Translations under genes and position numbers: made by a program
The notes under the pieces: model-generated
Told to the model about the DNA's origin: nothing
The model's database searches: none
Seen by the model: only the letters and a program-made list of their open reading frames with translations
In this document: one piece after another, positions 50,125 through 62,569 of the stretch
Numbering within the stretch: position 1 is the stretch's first letter
Layout: each line of letters begins with the position of its first letter
Origin: Tubulanus polymorphus
Taxonomy: Eukaryota > Animalia > Nemertea
Length of the DNA stretch: 64,000 nucleotides
Direction of reading: 5' to 3'
Assembly (NCBI RefSeq): GCF_964204645.1
Contig: NC_134031.1
Coordinates: 7,192,001 to 7,256,000, forward strand

Positions 50125-51524
50125 AAAACTCTTTTTATCAACCCCAGGCTTCAAAAAAGTTATAAGCAGGGATCGATTCCTAGCAATATTGACTTTTCTA
50201 CACTGTGTAAATGAGGAAGGCCCACCCTCAACAAAGATGATAAAATCTATAAAACTAGACCAGTGCTGGATCATTTGTTGACTAAGTTCACGAATTTTTA
50301 TGTGCCTGGTGAAAATGTTTCCTTAGACGAGGGCATGATCCCAACGAAAAGTCGACTCTCAATAAAACAATACCTCAAAGACAAGCCCGTAAAATGGGGT
50401 ATAAAAACTTTTTTATTGTGTGACAGTGACAGTGGATATATTATAAACGCAGAAGTATATACAGGTGCACAAAATGATCCTGAGGATGTGGAAGTTCTCG
50501 ATGCAACCAGTAATTTAGTTCGACGTCTTTGTAAACCGTAGTACAGTAGTTTTCCTTAGCGAACATCTTCTGGACGATATGAACACTCGTATTGTTGGAA
50601 CTACAATGACAAACAGGAAGAGATTTCCTGTATGTATCAAAACAGTGAACGACTTAGCACGTGGTGAATATAAGCGCCGTTTCAACGCTCTTGTGTTGAT
50701 GGACAAAAAGCCAATCCACTTCCTCTCTACTGCTCATCTAAAATCTCCTGACACTGAAGTAAGGAGATACATAGCTGCAGAAGGAGGCAGGGTTCAAGTC
50801 CCTGCTCCTAGTATAGTAAAAAAATATAATATGCACACGGGAGGAGTTGATCTCAATGACCAACATACAAAGATGGTTAAGTCCAGACGTCATTACAGAT
50901 GGCCGCGTAGACTTATGGTTAAATTTATGATGTGGGCCATTTATAATGCATACATACTCAAAAGAAAGACCAATCCAAACCAATCCATCACCAGTAGCAT
51001 CCTATTGCTTCCATGATTTTGTTGATGAACTCGTCATGATCTTGTGAGTGATCATGTTGCAAATAGGGACGAACCTGTTCTCAGTCAACGTCGCAAGCAT
51101 GAACACGATCTACAAAGACTGAATGCTGGACAACATTTTCCTGAAAGGGGAGCAGAGGCTACTTCTAACAATCATTGTGTTGTTTGTGATGAACGATATA
51201 AACGTGCAAAAAGGAATGGGGATGTAAATCTACCTAAGAGACGCAAAACTGTATATAGGTGTATGTTATGTAACGTTCTTCTCTGTATCGGCACTGAAGC
51301 TGAAAACTGCTTCCGAAAGTGGCATTCACTTCAAAGATACTGGGAGTAGGGTGAGTGTTTGATATGTTTTTTGAGAAGCCTACTTCCTGTACTGTCTAAT
51401 AAACTTTATTTCATGTAGATATCTTCATTAGTTAAAATTTTACAGCTATTTGAATATAGCCTATTTTTGCCCCCGAAGCCGGGTATATAGTAAAAGGTAA
51501 TATTAAACGTCTGGGTTCATAGGG
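50125..51524 (+). mobile_element. 5'-truncated piggyBac (PGBD4-like) transposon with intact right end
   Basis: SLDEGMIPTKSRLSIKQYLKDKPVKWGIK, YNMHTGGVDLNDQ and a C-terminal Cys-rich CVVC...CMLC...LC...CF..WH domain. Ends AGGG|TTAA at 51524/51525-51528. Confidence 0.9.
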
Positions 51525-51528
51525 TTAA

Positions 51529-53100
51529 GACAAGATGAAGTGAAGGCAATGATCACATCTCAATTCGGTCCGATCCTGAAAATCGATTCGATGCGAGAAC
51601 AAGGAAAGTTGCGAAGAAAATAGGCGGTGTGACTAGTGCTGTGAGCCATGAATGTTGGAAATGAACATGGCCAAGTAATGATCGGTCTGACAACGGGTGA
51701 AAATTATGCGTGGATCACGATGCTGAAAGGAATCGTTCAGCGATATGAAATGCTGGTGTCGTGGTCCCAGAGGTTCTGTATATTGATCGAGATTCTTGTA
51801 GGAACATGGTCATGGTGAAAGCGTAAGAGCCATGGACTTCTCGATATTTGGCATTTTATGCGAAGATTTGCCAGCGGTTGCACGACTGATGCACATCGGC
51901 TATATAGTACCTTTTTGAGAAATCTTAGTTGATGTATTTTCAAATGGGACCCGCTGGACTTTCAAAATTTGAAAAAAGCAAAATCCAAAATTCTCGCTAG
52001 CCAGGGAGTTTCTGGGCTTAGTGATAAACAGCTGATGCAGCGAATTACGAAGCAGGAGTAAGCTCTTCACTGTAAATGCACTACCCGCGGTACTGAAGAA
52101 ACTATCCGGCTCCGTCAATCAATCTCATCAGTGTCCGGAGATACTGGCAAAGATACCCTCGGAGAATTTGGGACAAGCAAAGATGATACATTACATGCAT
52201 TCAAGACCCACCTAGTGTTGAACTGTACGCAGACTGGCACATCCAAAAAAGGAAATAGTCTTTTACCTACATATCAATGTGCCCGAGGTACTACTTCACT
52301 GGAGTCTTTTCATCTTCACCTAAGTCGATTTATCCCAGGTAAATAGTTTGATAATCAGTCTGTACTACGAACGATAATTTTTTTTTCAGTGATGAAATTT
52401 AGCTAGGTCATATTTGTAAATTTGAGTTTTTGCTTGATTTATTTTCAGGAACTATAGCTAATGATGCAAGCTACCAGGCTTACCTGGTTGATGGACTGTT
52501 GCGCTGGAAGGAGGACCGAGCTGTTGATACCACTTCCGGAAATTGTGAGGTGTACTCATACAGTGGCTATCTCCGTCAACACATCGATGAGTTAAGCTCA
52601 AAAGTTCTCCACAAAGAATTGTTGCCATCATACCAAGCACCCCTCAAGTACACTGGAGAACTGATCGGGATCAAGTACCTGTATTATCTTACTGGAAAGA
52701 TCCCCAATGTCTATAGATCATTGCTTAATGAGGAGGCTGCTGAGGATCTGGATGACACCCCTGGGGAAGCTGGCGCTAATACAGTTGACGAAGGCATTGT
52801 ATTGGAGCAAACCTTTGATGAAATAATTCTATGCCAGGGGATGCAGATATAGAAGATGATTTATTAGGTAGGTTGCCATTTCAATGCAGAAATTTGATCT
52901 TGATACTTACTTATAGTTTAACAAATTAATTTGTTTCTTCTAAAGATCTGGCTTGATATCTAATATCAGTTATGCTATGCATAAGTCCATCATGCATGGT
53001 AGGAATTTTTTGTAATGTAGAAATTTAACTTATTTACAGTTTCATTCAATTCATCACAATCATCCAATGAAGCCGATAATCACCCTTCAACGATGGAACT
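51529..53100 (+). pseudogene. Dada-like DDE transposase, catalytic and C-terminal part with introns (decayed)
   Basis: DEVKAMITSQFGPILKIDS, YIDRD, LDIWHFMRRFASGCTTDAH (DxxH), CARGTTSLESFHLHLSRFIPG, then GT-AG intron 52339-52448, then GTIAND...YTGELIG. Confidence 0.65.
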
Positions 53101-54639
53101 TACTTCCAGACAAACATAGGCTTATGTGTAAATCTACAAGGAGAGAGCCAGTAGTAGGAGTAGATCTCCGGACTAGATTGTGTCCACAAATGGACGACCT
53201 GACTCCAGTATACCACCCCTACACTTAGTTGAGGGATATAATGAAGTGAAATAAATTCATAGGTGTTATGAAATACTCAATAATGTGTAGTGAAGGAGCA
53301 CAATATTAGTAATTCTTACTCTCCTTTTGATTTTAGGCTCTTAAAACACAACTTTGCGAGAACCAGCATCGAAAGTAATCCTGATGCTCACTTCTATGGA
53401 TAACTCAATGAATTTACCAGCTGGATGGAGGAAAGCGCTTCCAGAATACAATCAAAAGTGGATCGCAAATGCTCTTTTTATGATGGAAAGTCAATGCCGT
53501 CAGCCACCAAGTTGCCTACCATGGAGCCTTATTTTGGACACCATTTATTCCAATGGATGCCGCCTCGTCTCTGGTGTGTGGAATTAGCCTGCCCATACAA
53601 AAGTTGTCCAGGAAGACATAGAGAGTTGATGGCCGCAGGAATGTACCAGAAAAAAACGTTGAGTCTTCGATATCGACATGTTTTACTTTATGGCTTCTGA
53701 GAACTTGGAATGCTTCTGGTATATTTCCTTCTTTAACAACCAAAAATAGAGGGTAACTATCAACAGGGTCTCATCAGACTTATTATCAAACTATTTACCT
53801 GGGTGTACCCCAAGGAAGTGTACTCGGCCCTAACTTATTCTTAATACATATATTAACAATTTGCTAGATAGTTTTACCTCCGTTATTATTTGCCAATGAC
53901 AAAAGATTGTACAGGGGAATGAAGATCCATTACGATTATGACATTTTACAAGACGACATTAACAAAACAACTAGTGGTCCGAGACTTGGTTAATGTCTTT
54001 CAACAACTCTTAAGTGTAAAACCTACAGCAGTAAAAACATTAAACAACAGTACTACTTAGCTACTAAATCTGGAAACCTTCCCATATCACAGGTAGGGTC
54101 TGAGAAGGACCTTGGAATTGAAATATGTAGAATTTAATTGAATCATATTGCTCGACGCAACAAAGTACAACACAATCCAAAATATTCGCGCTTTCCTACT
54201 AATCTTATCATGTATACTGGTATACAAATCATGGATGCAATTCTTTCCGAGTTGAAACTTGATGAAGTTATAGAAACATTCCGGAGGGAAAATGTAAGGA
54301 TAACTATTCAATATAGGCCCAAGGACAATAATATGTAGGCCTGTTATGATATGCCGTGCCGGTGGATGATGGATGGATTGATGACGGATGTCGATATGGA
54401 AAAAATCCAGATTACGATCGACTCAAACTATACGTGGGAACTCCATACCATGGTCTGACTCCTGACACGACCGAGCTTATTGTAGCAGACGCCCCTACTA
54501 CTCGGAGGAGGAGTTCACGTGTTCATTTTTGTATCCGTAGGCTGGAACGGGAACCTGTTATATAACCAAACCAACCAAACCCCATTTGCTTTTCTTACAG
54601 GACAAGACAGAAGTGCCACGGTTGCCATGATTATTTTGC

Positions 54640-55573
54640 AGATTTATCGTCGCATCAGGAAAAATGTGTCTACATTCCCCTGGAGGGGGTGTCGTACAAG
54701 TGTACGACCTGTGGGCATACCGGCCCACGGGCAGATTCAATTCGGCGCCACGCTCATCGAGATCATAATACTAGACGGCGCCACACCACGGTGAAGGTCG
54801 TCGAGGTCCCAATTTGCAACCGAACGCCCGATAGACGTCAGAGTACCGGGGAGCCGTCGACGAAGAAGCGGAAGAGCGGAGATGAGAGTGAGAGAAAGAG
54901 GGAAAGCGAGAAGAGAGTAGAGAGAAAGTGAGCGTGAAGAGCAAGGAGAGTCAGGAGAAGTGTGAGGAGAAAGGAGAGAAAATAGTTGAAGAGCTGGAGA
55001 GCGTAGAAATGGAGCTGTTGGAAGAGAGAACAGAGGAGGAAGTAACCAATAGCGAAGATACAGAGAAAGAGGAAGTGAAGACTGGTGAGAGCGGGGAAGG
55101 AGCAGGTCCAGGAGTGTGTCGAAGTGGAGGGCGGTGTGAGTGAAGCATGGAAGATCATGGAAGAGATGGCGATAGTGAACGAGGAAGTGGTGGATGTGCG
55201 GAGGGTAGTCGAGAAGAAAACGGCAGAAGCGGAGACGAGGAAGAGAGAAAAAGAAACGTGGGGCCAGCGGGCTGCATGGATCGCGGCAGCCAGTCGTGAA
55301 TGGCATAACGCAGAATACGTGGACCACCGGAGGAAAGTAGTAGAGGAGAGGGGTAAGCTGCAGGAGCAAAGGGGAAAGCTGGAAGAAGAGGAGAGAGGCG
55401 TTAGTGCAATCAGCGAGGCGGGAGAAGGAGAGACGAAGGCGAGGTATCGGCGTATTCACCACAGAAGCTCGGGGAGTATTTCCAACAATGGTGGGGAAAC
55501 ACTACACCCACGTATGTACCAACTACTATTCATACAACTAAGCCTTCCCAAGTATGTCCGGTCGAGAGTGTGA
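54640..55573 (+). pseudogene. Frameshifted ORF with a C2H2 zinc finger and Glu/Lys/Arg-rich coiled coil; partial duplicate at 56718-57159
   Basis: YKCTTCGHTGPRADSIRRHAHRDH follows an AG acceptor near 54641. The purine-rich tail is split over three frames. Confidence 0.5.
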
Positions 55574-56121
55574 ACAACGCGACTGAAGAATTGGCGCCCA
55601 GCGGAGTGGCCTCAGCGCCACGGGCGAAAACGTTGCTACATAGTCATCCAACATGTTATGGGCGGCCTGCCACTTTCCGGGGAACGCACGGCACCCCTTG
55701 CGTCGTCCCTTTTGCGGGAAGATGGCTCGAGTGGCCGGTATAGAGTGGATCCCCCCTACGAGAACGTAAAGAACTAACTTCGGCGAGATTCACGCGCACC
55801 CGTTGCTGCACGGCGATTTAGTGTTATTCAGATTCGACGAGACACAATTCTATTGCAACGCCTGCAAGATAGAGGGACTAGACGAGTGAATCCGATCATC
55901 TAAAGTTTAAGAGCAGCTATGTAGTCGAGCCTCGTTAGTGCAATCCGGCTTTCAACGGAAGCCTCAGTAATACGATGGGTTAAGAGATTCGGGTTATCTT
56001 TCTGGTAGTAATTTTCTGTAGAAGTGTTGCTTATTACGATCACGTTAATACGGAGGTCGCTGGGTGTAGCAATTCCTTTTATTTCCTTTGCAATGTCTGG
56101 CACATAAGTCGGAGCGATATT

Positions 56122-56712
56122 CACAGCTCAATCCAGGACACCAGATGGCATTTCTGTGAATTTTAACTGGAAGGGAAGCTTGTGACCTGGAAGTTGTAAG
56201 ACTACTGCGTCAGAGAGGTTTAGGCACTAGTTTATCTCAACTCCATAAGAAGCTGCAGGAACAACAGGGCGCTGAAGTTTCAGAAGCATCAGGTCACCCA
56301 GGAGCTAACTGAGTGTGAGAGCTTTTAAATAGCCACAAAATCTGGTCTTTTGAGACCCCTTTCATTTGCAGAACGACCTCAAAAAATGACCCTACCATCA
56401 TTCAGCTGGCTTATGTATATCTATGTCAGGGATGTTCATAAAGACCAGATGAAGTGAAGGCAATGACCACATCTCAGTTCGGTTGGATCCGGAAAATCGA
56501 TTCGACAAGGAAGGTTGCGAAGAAAGTAGGCGGTGAGACTGGTGGCACTGCTTTGTGAGCCACATATGTTGGCAATGTATAACCGTTCTGACAATGAGTG
56601 AAAATTATGCCTGGATCGCATTGTAGAAAGGAATGGTTCAGCAATACAAAAATGGTGGTGTTGTGGCTATACAGATCATTTTTGTATACAGATTGTGATA
56701 GCGTAGTAAGCT
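56122..56712 (+). pseudogene. Dada-like transposase middle fragment
   Basis: ACDLEVVRLLRQRGLG..QLHKKLQEQ and DEVKAMTTSQFG..KIDSTRKVAKK. Homologous to 51530-51790. Confidence 0.6.
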
Positions 56713-57791
56713 TTAGGAGAGTGTGTCTGTGTGGAGGGCGGTGTGAGTGAAGCGGGGAAGATCATGGCGGAGATGGTGATAGTGAACGAGGAGGTGGTGG
56801 ATGTGCGGACGGTAGTCGAGAAGAAAACGGCGGAAGCTGAGACGAGGAAGAGAGAAAAAGAAACGTGGGGCCAGCAGGCTGCATGGATCGCGGCGGCCAG
56901 TCGTGAATGGCATAACGCAGAATACGTGGAGCACCGGAGGAAAGTAGTAGAGGAGAGGGGTAAGCAGCAAGAGAGGAGGAGAAAGCTGGAAGAAGAGGAG
57001 AGAGGCATTAGTGCAATAAGCGAGGCGGGAGAAGGAAAGGAGAGACGGAGACGGAGGCAAGGTATCGGCGTATTCACCACAGAAGCTCGGGGTACTATTC
57101 ATACCACTACGCCTTCCCAAGTACGTCCGGTCGAGAGTAATGTCGACATCATGGTCTAAGAATTTCAAAACAAATGGCAGGGCTACTGCGATTTATCCAT
57201 ACATACACGTGCCTTATACATTGCACATCTGTCCAACCCAAGTATTTTCCGCTCAAGAGTTACTAGCGACAATATCTTTATTTTACAGGGTTTGCATTTA
57301 TATATATTCTATTTCATAATTTATCAATTAGTGATTCATAAGCTGACAGTGTATATATAAATATAGTAGGCCTGCTCGAATGAAACCACTCCGTTTGGGT
57401 TTCATCACACAAGGGGGTTTCCTTTATATGCACAGTATAAATGAAGTCAAACGGATCTAACCAACCATCGGATATTACAAACTCTTTAGGATTTAACAAG
57501 CAACTCGGGTGGCTGGAGTGAAGCCTAACACTGACGAGGACCATCACCGAGCTATATCAGGAGAAATCATTCAGCAGAATGCTCCTGTGATAGCAACCAA
57601 TTTTTTGCCTTATCTTATCTTTCATTGTTTCACCTTCCTATGCACAGTCTATACCAGTTGTTGCTCTAGCACAGATACATGTCCCATATAAAACTCAGTG
57701 GAATAGAGCTAAACGTAAAAAGAAGAGGAAGTTGGTGTTAAACGCAGAAAGTATGTGCGAACAAAAGCCATAACCTACCTACCCACATGGA

Positions 57792-58180
57792 AACTAGGGG
57801 TCCAGGGACACCATGCCCACTTGGAGAGTGGTTCCAAATGCTCAACAATCTAACAATTTCAATATTCAACGCCCCCTGGTGACCATATACAGAAGCCAAT
57901 GACCTTGAAACTCACCACAATCATAGAACATGTCAGCAGCTACGATTTTGTAATTGATTGTGATAACAAAATATGCCTCGTTACCACTTTAATATGGAAA
58001 TACTGTTATTCTACTATTCAACGCCCCCTGTAGACCATATTCAAAACCCAATGACCTTGAAACTCACCACAATCATAGAACATGTCACGAACTATAACTT
58101 TGTAATTGATCATGGTAACAAAATATGCCTAGGTACCAATATGATAAGGAAATACTAAGTTATTCTACTATTCAACGACT
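57792..58180 (+). mobile_element. HINE-like element 5' part, truncated where BEL/Pao sequence begins
   Basis: Same 5' end as 34735 plus about 2.1 tandem units. Confidence 0.8.
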
Positions 58181-60225
58181 TCAATTCCCCAGATGGCTGG
58201 GATTTGATACTAGTCAACCCATAGAACTGATTGTGTTCTTCGACGCAACACCCAAAGCGGCACTAGGGTGCGTAGCATATATGAAACAATCTGACTCAGT
58301 TCAACTGATAGGATTTAGAAACAAAGTCGTTTTGCCACACCAAGTCGGGATGGACGGTACCAAAACTTGAGTTAGAAGCAATGGTCATAGCGGCCAAATA
58401 CCCAAGTGCAAAAAGACCTTAAACAATTTGTCAGGCATAGAGTGACGACGATTAGATCGTTGTCTACAACCAATCAGTGGTCACATGTCGTGTCCAATGA
58501 GAATCCATCAGACATATTGTCCAGAGGGGCAACGTTCAACGAATTAGCAAAATCGATCTGGAATTCCGGCCCGCTGTGGCTCACGGACTCCCAAAGGGCA
58601 GCACCCCTCATGTTGAAGAATCGGATACTGCCACACTGTTGGCAGCCAGCGTTGAATTTGAAAATGTATTTCAACCTGCATTTCCTGATTGCCATCAAGG
58701 CATAGACAATGTCATTGACTTGAAAAGTTTCAATGATTATGATAAACTACTTCGAGTTACAGCTCGAGTGAAATGTGCCTTCACAGTAGGCCGAAGCCAT
58801 GCAATCTCAGCGGCGAAGCCGAGAGGTTATGGATACGTTTGATCATGGACGTATAAACTAGAAGGACGGCACACCGGCTATAAGATCAAAGGCCCCGCTG
58901 ATAACAGCCGTTCGCACTGTATTTGCAAGTGCGAGCTGAACAGGTGCCCGTTCTTACGGGCAACTGGCTAGCGTCTCGTTTCCAGGAACAGAGTTACGGG
59001 AATGTGCAAGCGTAATAGATGCTATTTATATGCGTAATAGACATGCGCAGTCATTGCAATAATAAAGATGGCCATGTGCTTGGCATTTTAGTGAAAATTT
59101 CTCGAAAATACGTCAATTTTTAGCGAATCTACGGCACATCAAGTGACGGATGCACATCATAACATTTTTCAAAGTTAAGGTGAATATAAAGCCAAATTTC
59201 TCATAGTCACACTCTTTTCCTCCATTTTTGAATTATGTATTTAAATGAAGAAAGAGCTCATCTTTAAGCTAGTCCACATGGTTTGAACGCCAAATGATGC
59301 CAAATTGTCGAAATTCTGACTAGAAAATCGAAGTGTTTTAATAATTATGCCTTCCATTTGAACGGATTTTCAAGGAGTAACGTTCTGAAGTTTTCAGTCA
59401 TAAGAATAATCTGCACATACGTATAATATGTATACCAAGCTAAAAGACTATTTTATGAACAAACTTTAAAATCATAAATCATGGTTTTGTTTAATCATTT
59501 TATATTTTCAGATGAGCTTCCTGAAATTTCAAACAATTGTTGTTGACGGAGTGTCATTCTTAAAATTTATCAAGTAGTATCACATGTTATAACAAATTTA
59601 CAAATAACAAATTCATAGTCATTATATTCACATTACTGATTGTATTTCTTATTTTCATATTGTATAATTAATAAACGATGAAATAAAAAAAGAATATTTG
59701 TTCGTTCAGATACCTTTCTTGAGTGTGGATATTTTTGCGGTCTAAGTAAAGCTTAAAATTGGAGACAATGAAATTTAGAATTTAACACAAAATATCTTTT
59801 AAATCATATAATATTTGATTTTATAGATTGATTAAATTGTGGTTTCTTAGCTTGTTAAAAAAACTAACTTCTGTCGGAACTAGCCGAATATACCCGAATC
59901 ACAGCCAAAGCTGTCATATCATTGTTCCCCAGATGGAATTACGCAATAGGCAAGATGTGTGAAGTGTTAACTCAGCGCTGATAACAAGTGTCGGAAATAC
60001 AGTGGATTCCTTTGAACTAGGCTGGTGGGCTGTCCTTCTAGTTTATACGTCCATGGTTTGACCCAGGAAACATATTATTCTGAGATCTTTGCATACATAC
60101 GAGCATCATGACTAAAACAACGATGAGATGTCCGACTATTGTTCGACAGTTGGGCTTATACATTTACCGATTTGGGTATGTAAGTAGTGCTGGGAGACTG
60201 GATCAAGCTGATACACCTGATAGAC
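58178..60225 (+). pseudogene. BEL/Pao LTR retrotransposon pol fragment (RNase H to integrase linker), split by a TIR element
   Basis: FPRW, IVFFDA...GCVAY, FVRHRV..I, WSHV.SNENPSDILSRG, WNSGPLWL, KLLRVTA. The frame resumes after 60055 (WIRLTQETYY ... QLGLY...GRL). Confidence 0.85.
58844..60055. mobile_element. Non-autonomous TIR DNA transposon (P-element-like), 1212 bp
   Basis: TIR catggacgtataaactagaaggac at both ends. Flanks gtttgat / gtttgac give a 7-bp TSD with one mismatch. Interrupts the BEL reading frame. Confidence 0.85.
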
Positions 60226-60231
60226 AAAGAT

Positions 60232-60860
60232 AAGCTGATTAAGGTTCCGCCCTGTTTCTCCTATATATACTTTGTCGCAAACTTTACAAGGTATTTTATA
60301 AATTCCACAGTTTAGGGATTCAGTTTTCGGTATGTTATTAATCAATATGTTACTAAGTTTATTATTGTATTTAAAGATAAGTTGTTTATTTAGTGACAGA
60401 AGAGAAACTTTAGAATTCTCGAGGAAAGGTACATACGGTACAATGATAGGCTGTTTATCGGTAGCCAAGGTTCTAAGGTTGTTATTTCTAAAATGCGTAG
60501 TACGAGCTTGTATTCACCATTGTTTTAATTTAAGTGCCCCCTAGTTTTTCTTTTTACTACTGATTTCAAGTTCTAATTTATATTTATACTCACTATTGTT
60601 GTTTATAATTACCCCTTAGTTTGCTTCCGTTTAATCTATTTTAGCGTGTAACTGTTTCTACGTTAATTTTCCTTTAGTTTGTATCATCTCTGATTACTTG
60701 AATTAGTCTCTGGATTGTATATATATCTCATAATTTTTGTATTTTCTCATTATTTCTGAAGATGACTATTAGGATATAGCCGAAACGTTGAAATAAACTA
60801 CTATCTTGAAGTTTCATTTTCGGACTTTTTCGTTATAATTGTGGGATTCTCTCTACTTAG
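60232..60860 (-). mobile_element. Penelope-like element remnant: GIY-YIG endonuclease fragment (-) with oppositely oriented pLTR (+)
   Basis: CGIYKIPCKVCDKVYIGETGRNL at ~60240-60310 (-). The adjacent 60540-60857 segment ends in a hammerhead-like motif and AATAAA. Confidence 0.85.
60752..60793 (+). ncRNA. Minimal type-I hammerhead ribozyme-like motif in Penelope pLTR
   Basis: ttt-CTGAAGA-t-gacta-ttaggata-tagcc-GAAA-cgtt-gaaa followed by AATAAA. Stem II has one mismatch. Confidence 0.5.
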
Positions 60861-62569
60861 ATTGGAATTTCCTGTTGTTGAAATTTAGTCAGGGAGAAGA
60901 GGAAGGTATCTCATGATCGAGAGAGGGCAGTAACTAATTGTCCTCTCTTTTATAAGTTAGTTCTTTATTAAAAACCAACTAGGTTTTTAATTTATGAAAG
61001 CTTTAGATCTCGCATTGGATCGGAAATAATTAGCAATTGCTCATTGCTGATTTATGAGTAATTAAGGAGTTACTGCTGATTGAACTTTTGTGGAATATCG
61101 AAGTGCTATTCGTTCGACCAGGAACAGAATTTTAACTATTTGTAAACTACAAATAAAACAGAGTACTGCAGCTTGCTGAACTTAGTATTAATTTTTTCTC
61201 TGCGAGAATATAAAATTTGTATCGAATGGCGCATTGATTTCAAATTGTTCACATTTGAGAATTGAAAGTATTTAAACGTATTGATTTACCAGAAATCATG
61301 GTGCCATTCCGGAATTGGATTTAAGCTACTTTTATTTTGGCGATGTATGTGGATTGGTGAGCGATGTGGTTTCGTTTGGTTTATTTCTTGTGTATTGGCT
61401 GTAGAGAATGATTTGGTAACTTTGTAATCGTGATGCATATGGAAAATTGGAAAGTGAATTTATTGTGTTAAGTGAAAAAACAAACTGACTGACATTATCG
61501 AATTTGGATGAAGTGGCTTGAAAGAAACTGTGTTAAATTAACCTTAATTGGACAATAGTTATCGATGATTGGTGTAAACGGACAACCAACAAGCAGGTCG
61601 TATGATAAAATCTTTTTAGGAAAACTATCTAATACATATCTATACTATAAGCGGCTAGGCGTCTTAACTTTGTAACGCGTAATCTCCGTTCGTGTGGCTT
61701 CGATTACGCGTTGAGTGGTATGGATTGAAAGAGGGTGGTCTGATCTGTGTTTTAGAATCGATTTCGTGCCAATACGATAAAGTTTAGGTAAACTTTTGGA
61801 CCATTTAAGTTTGGACGCTCCGCATGACGTCACTGCGCGCGCTGATCAAAACAAACATTTGAGCGTCGGTTTTTGTATAGTGTGCTTGACTACAGAGACG
61901 CGGGTGACCTCAATTCATCTCTCTGCCTACAGAGACGCGAGTGCCCTCAATTCTGGGGATCTAATACTTGTAGTGGAGATTACTGCGATGCGGTGAGCAT
62001 CAGCTGTTGCTTGGCTTTTGACTACAGAGACGCCGGTGACCTCCTCTCTCTGCCTGGAATCTAATAGTGTATGTATTCGAGCTCACCACAGCGCAAAATT
62101 ATAATGAATCACTAAGGTGCAGATAAAAATAATATAATATATAATAATATGTAATTTAATATCATATATATTTATTTATCGATATGAAATCTACACTATA
62201 AGTCTGGCATTAGAAACAAATATCAAAGAAGAGAAAAAGTATTACAATATTTCACTGTAAACTATGTTTTTGGTTTGTTTGGGTGAGTACTGGGTACCTA
62301 CTCTGGAAAGGGAAACATAGTGCATGCCATGTGTGAATGGTGAATTCCGGAAGTTCAGTCCAATGTATCTGAATGTTTGGCCCTGTGCTTTGTGAACTGC
62401 ATGTCATAGCAAAACAGGGGCGTAACTGGAATTACTCTTTCATACCTTTCAATCCGAAAACAATAACAGGCTATTAAATCTCGGTGATTTTTAGAAGAAT
62501 GGATTGGCATGCTTTTCTTTGGAAATGTGATTGTTGTAGCGACAACGTCATGGTGAAAGCTGTAGAGCC

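Noticed and set aside
54737-55462. 241-aa hydrophobic minus-strand ORF and overlapping ORFs
   Set aside because: Antisense of a purine-rich Glu/Lys/Arg tract; low-complexity artefact.
61885-62065. Short dispersed repeats (ctacagagacgc.ggtgacctc) as a regulatory array
   Set aside because: Three irregular copies in TE-dense sequence, probably internal to an LTR. I cannot support more than that.
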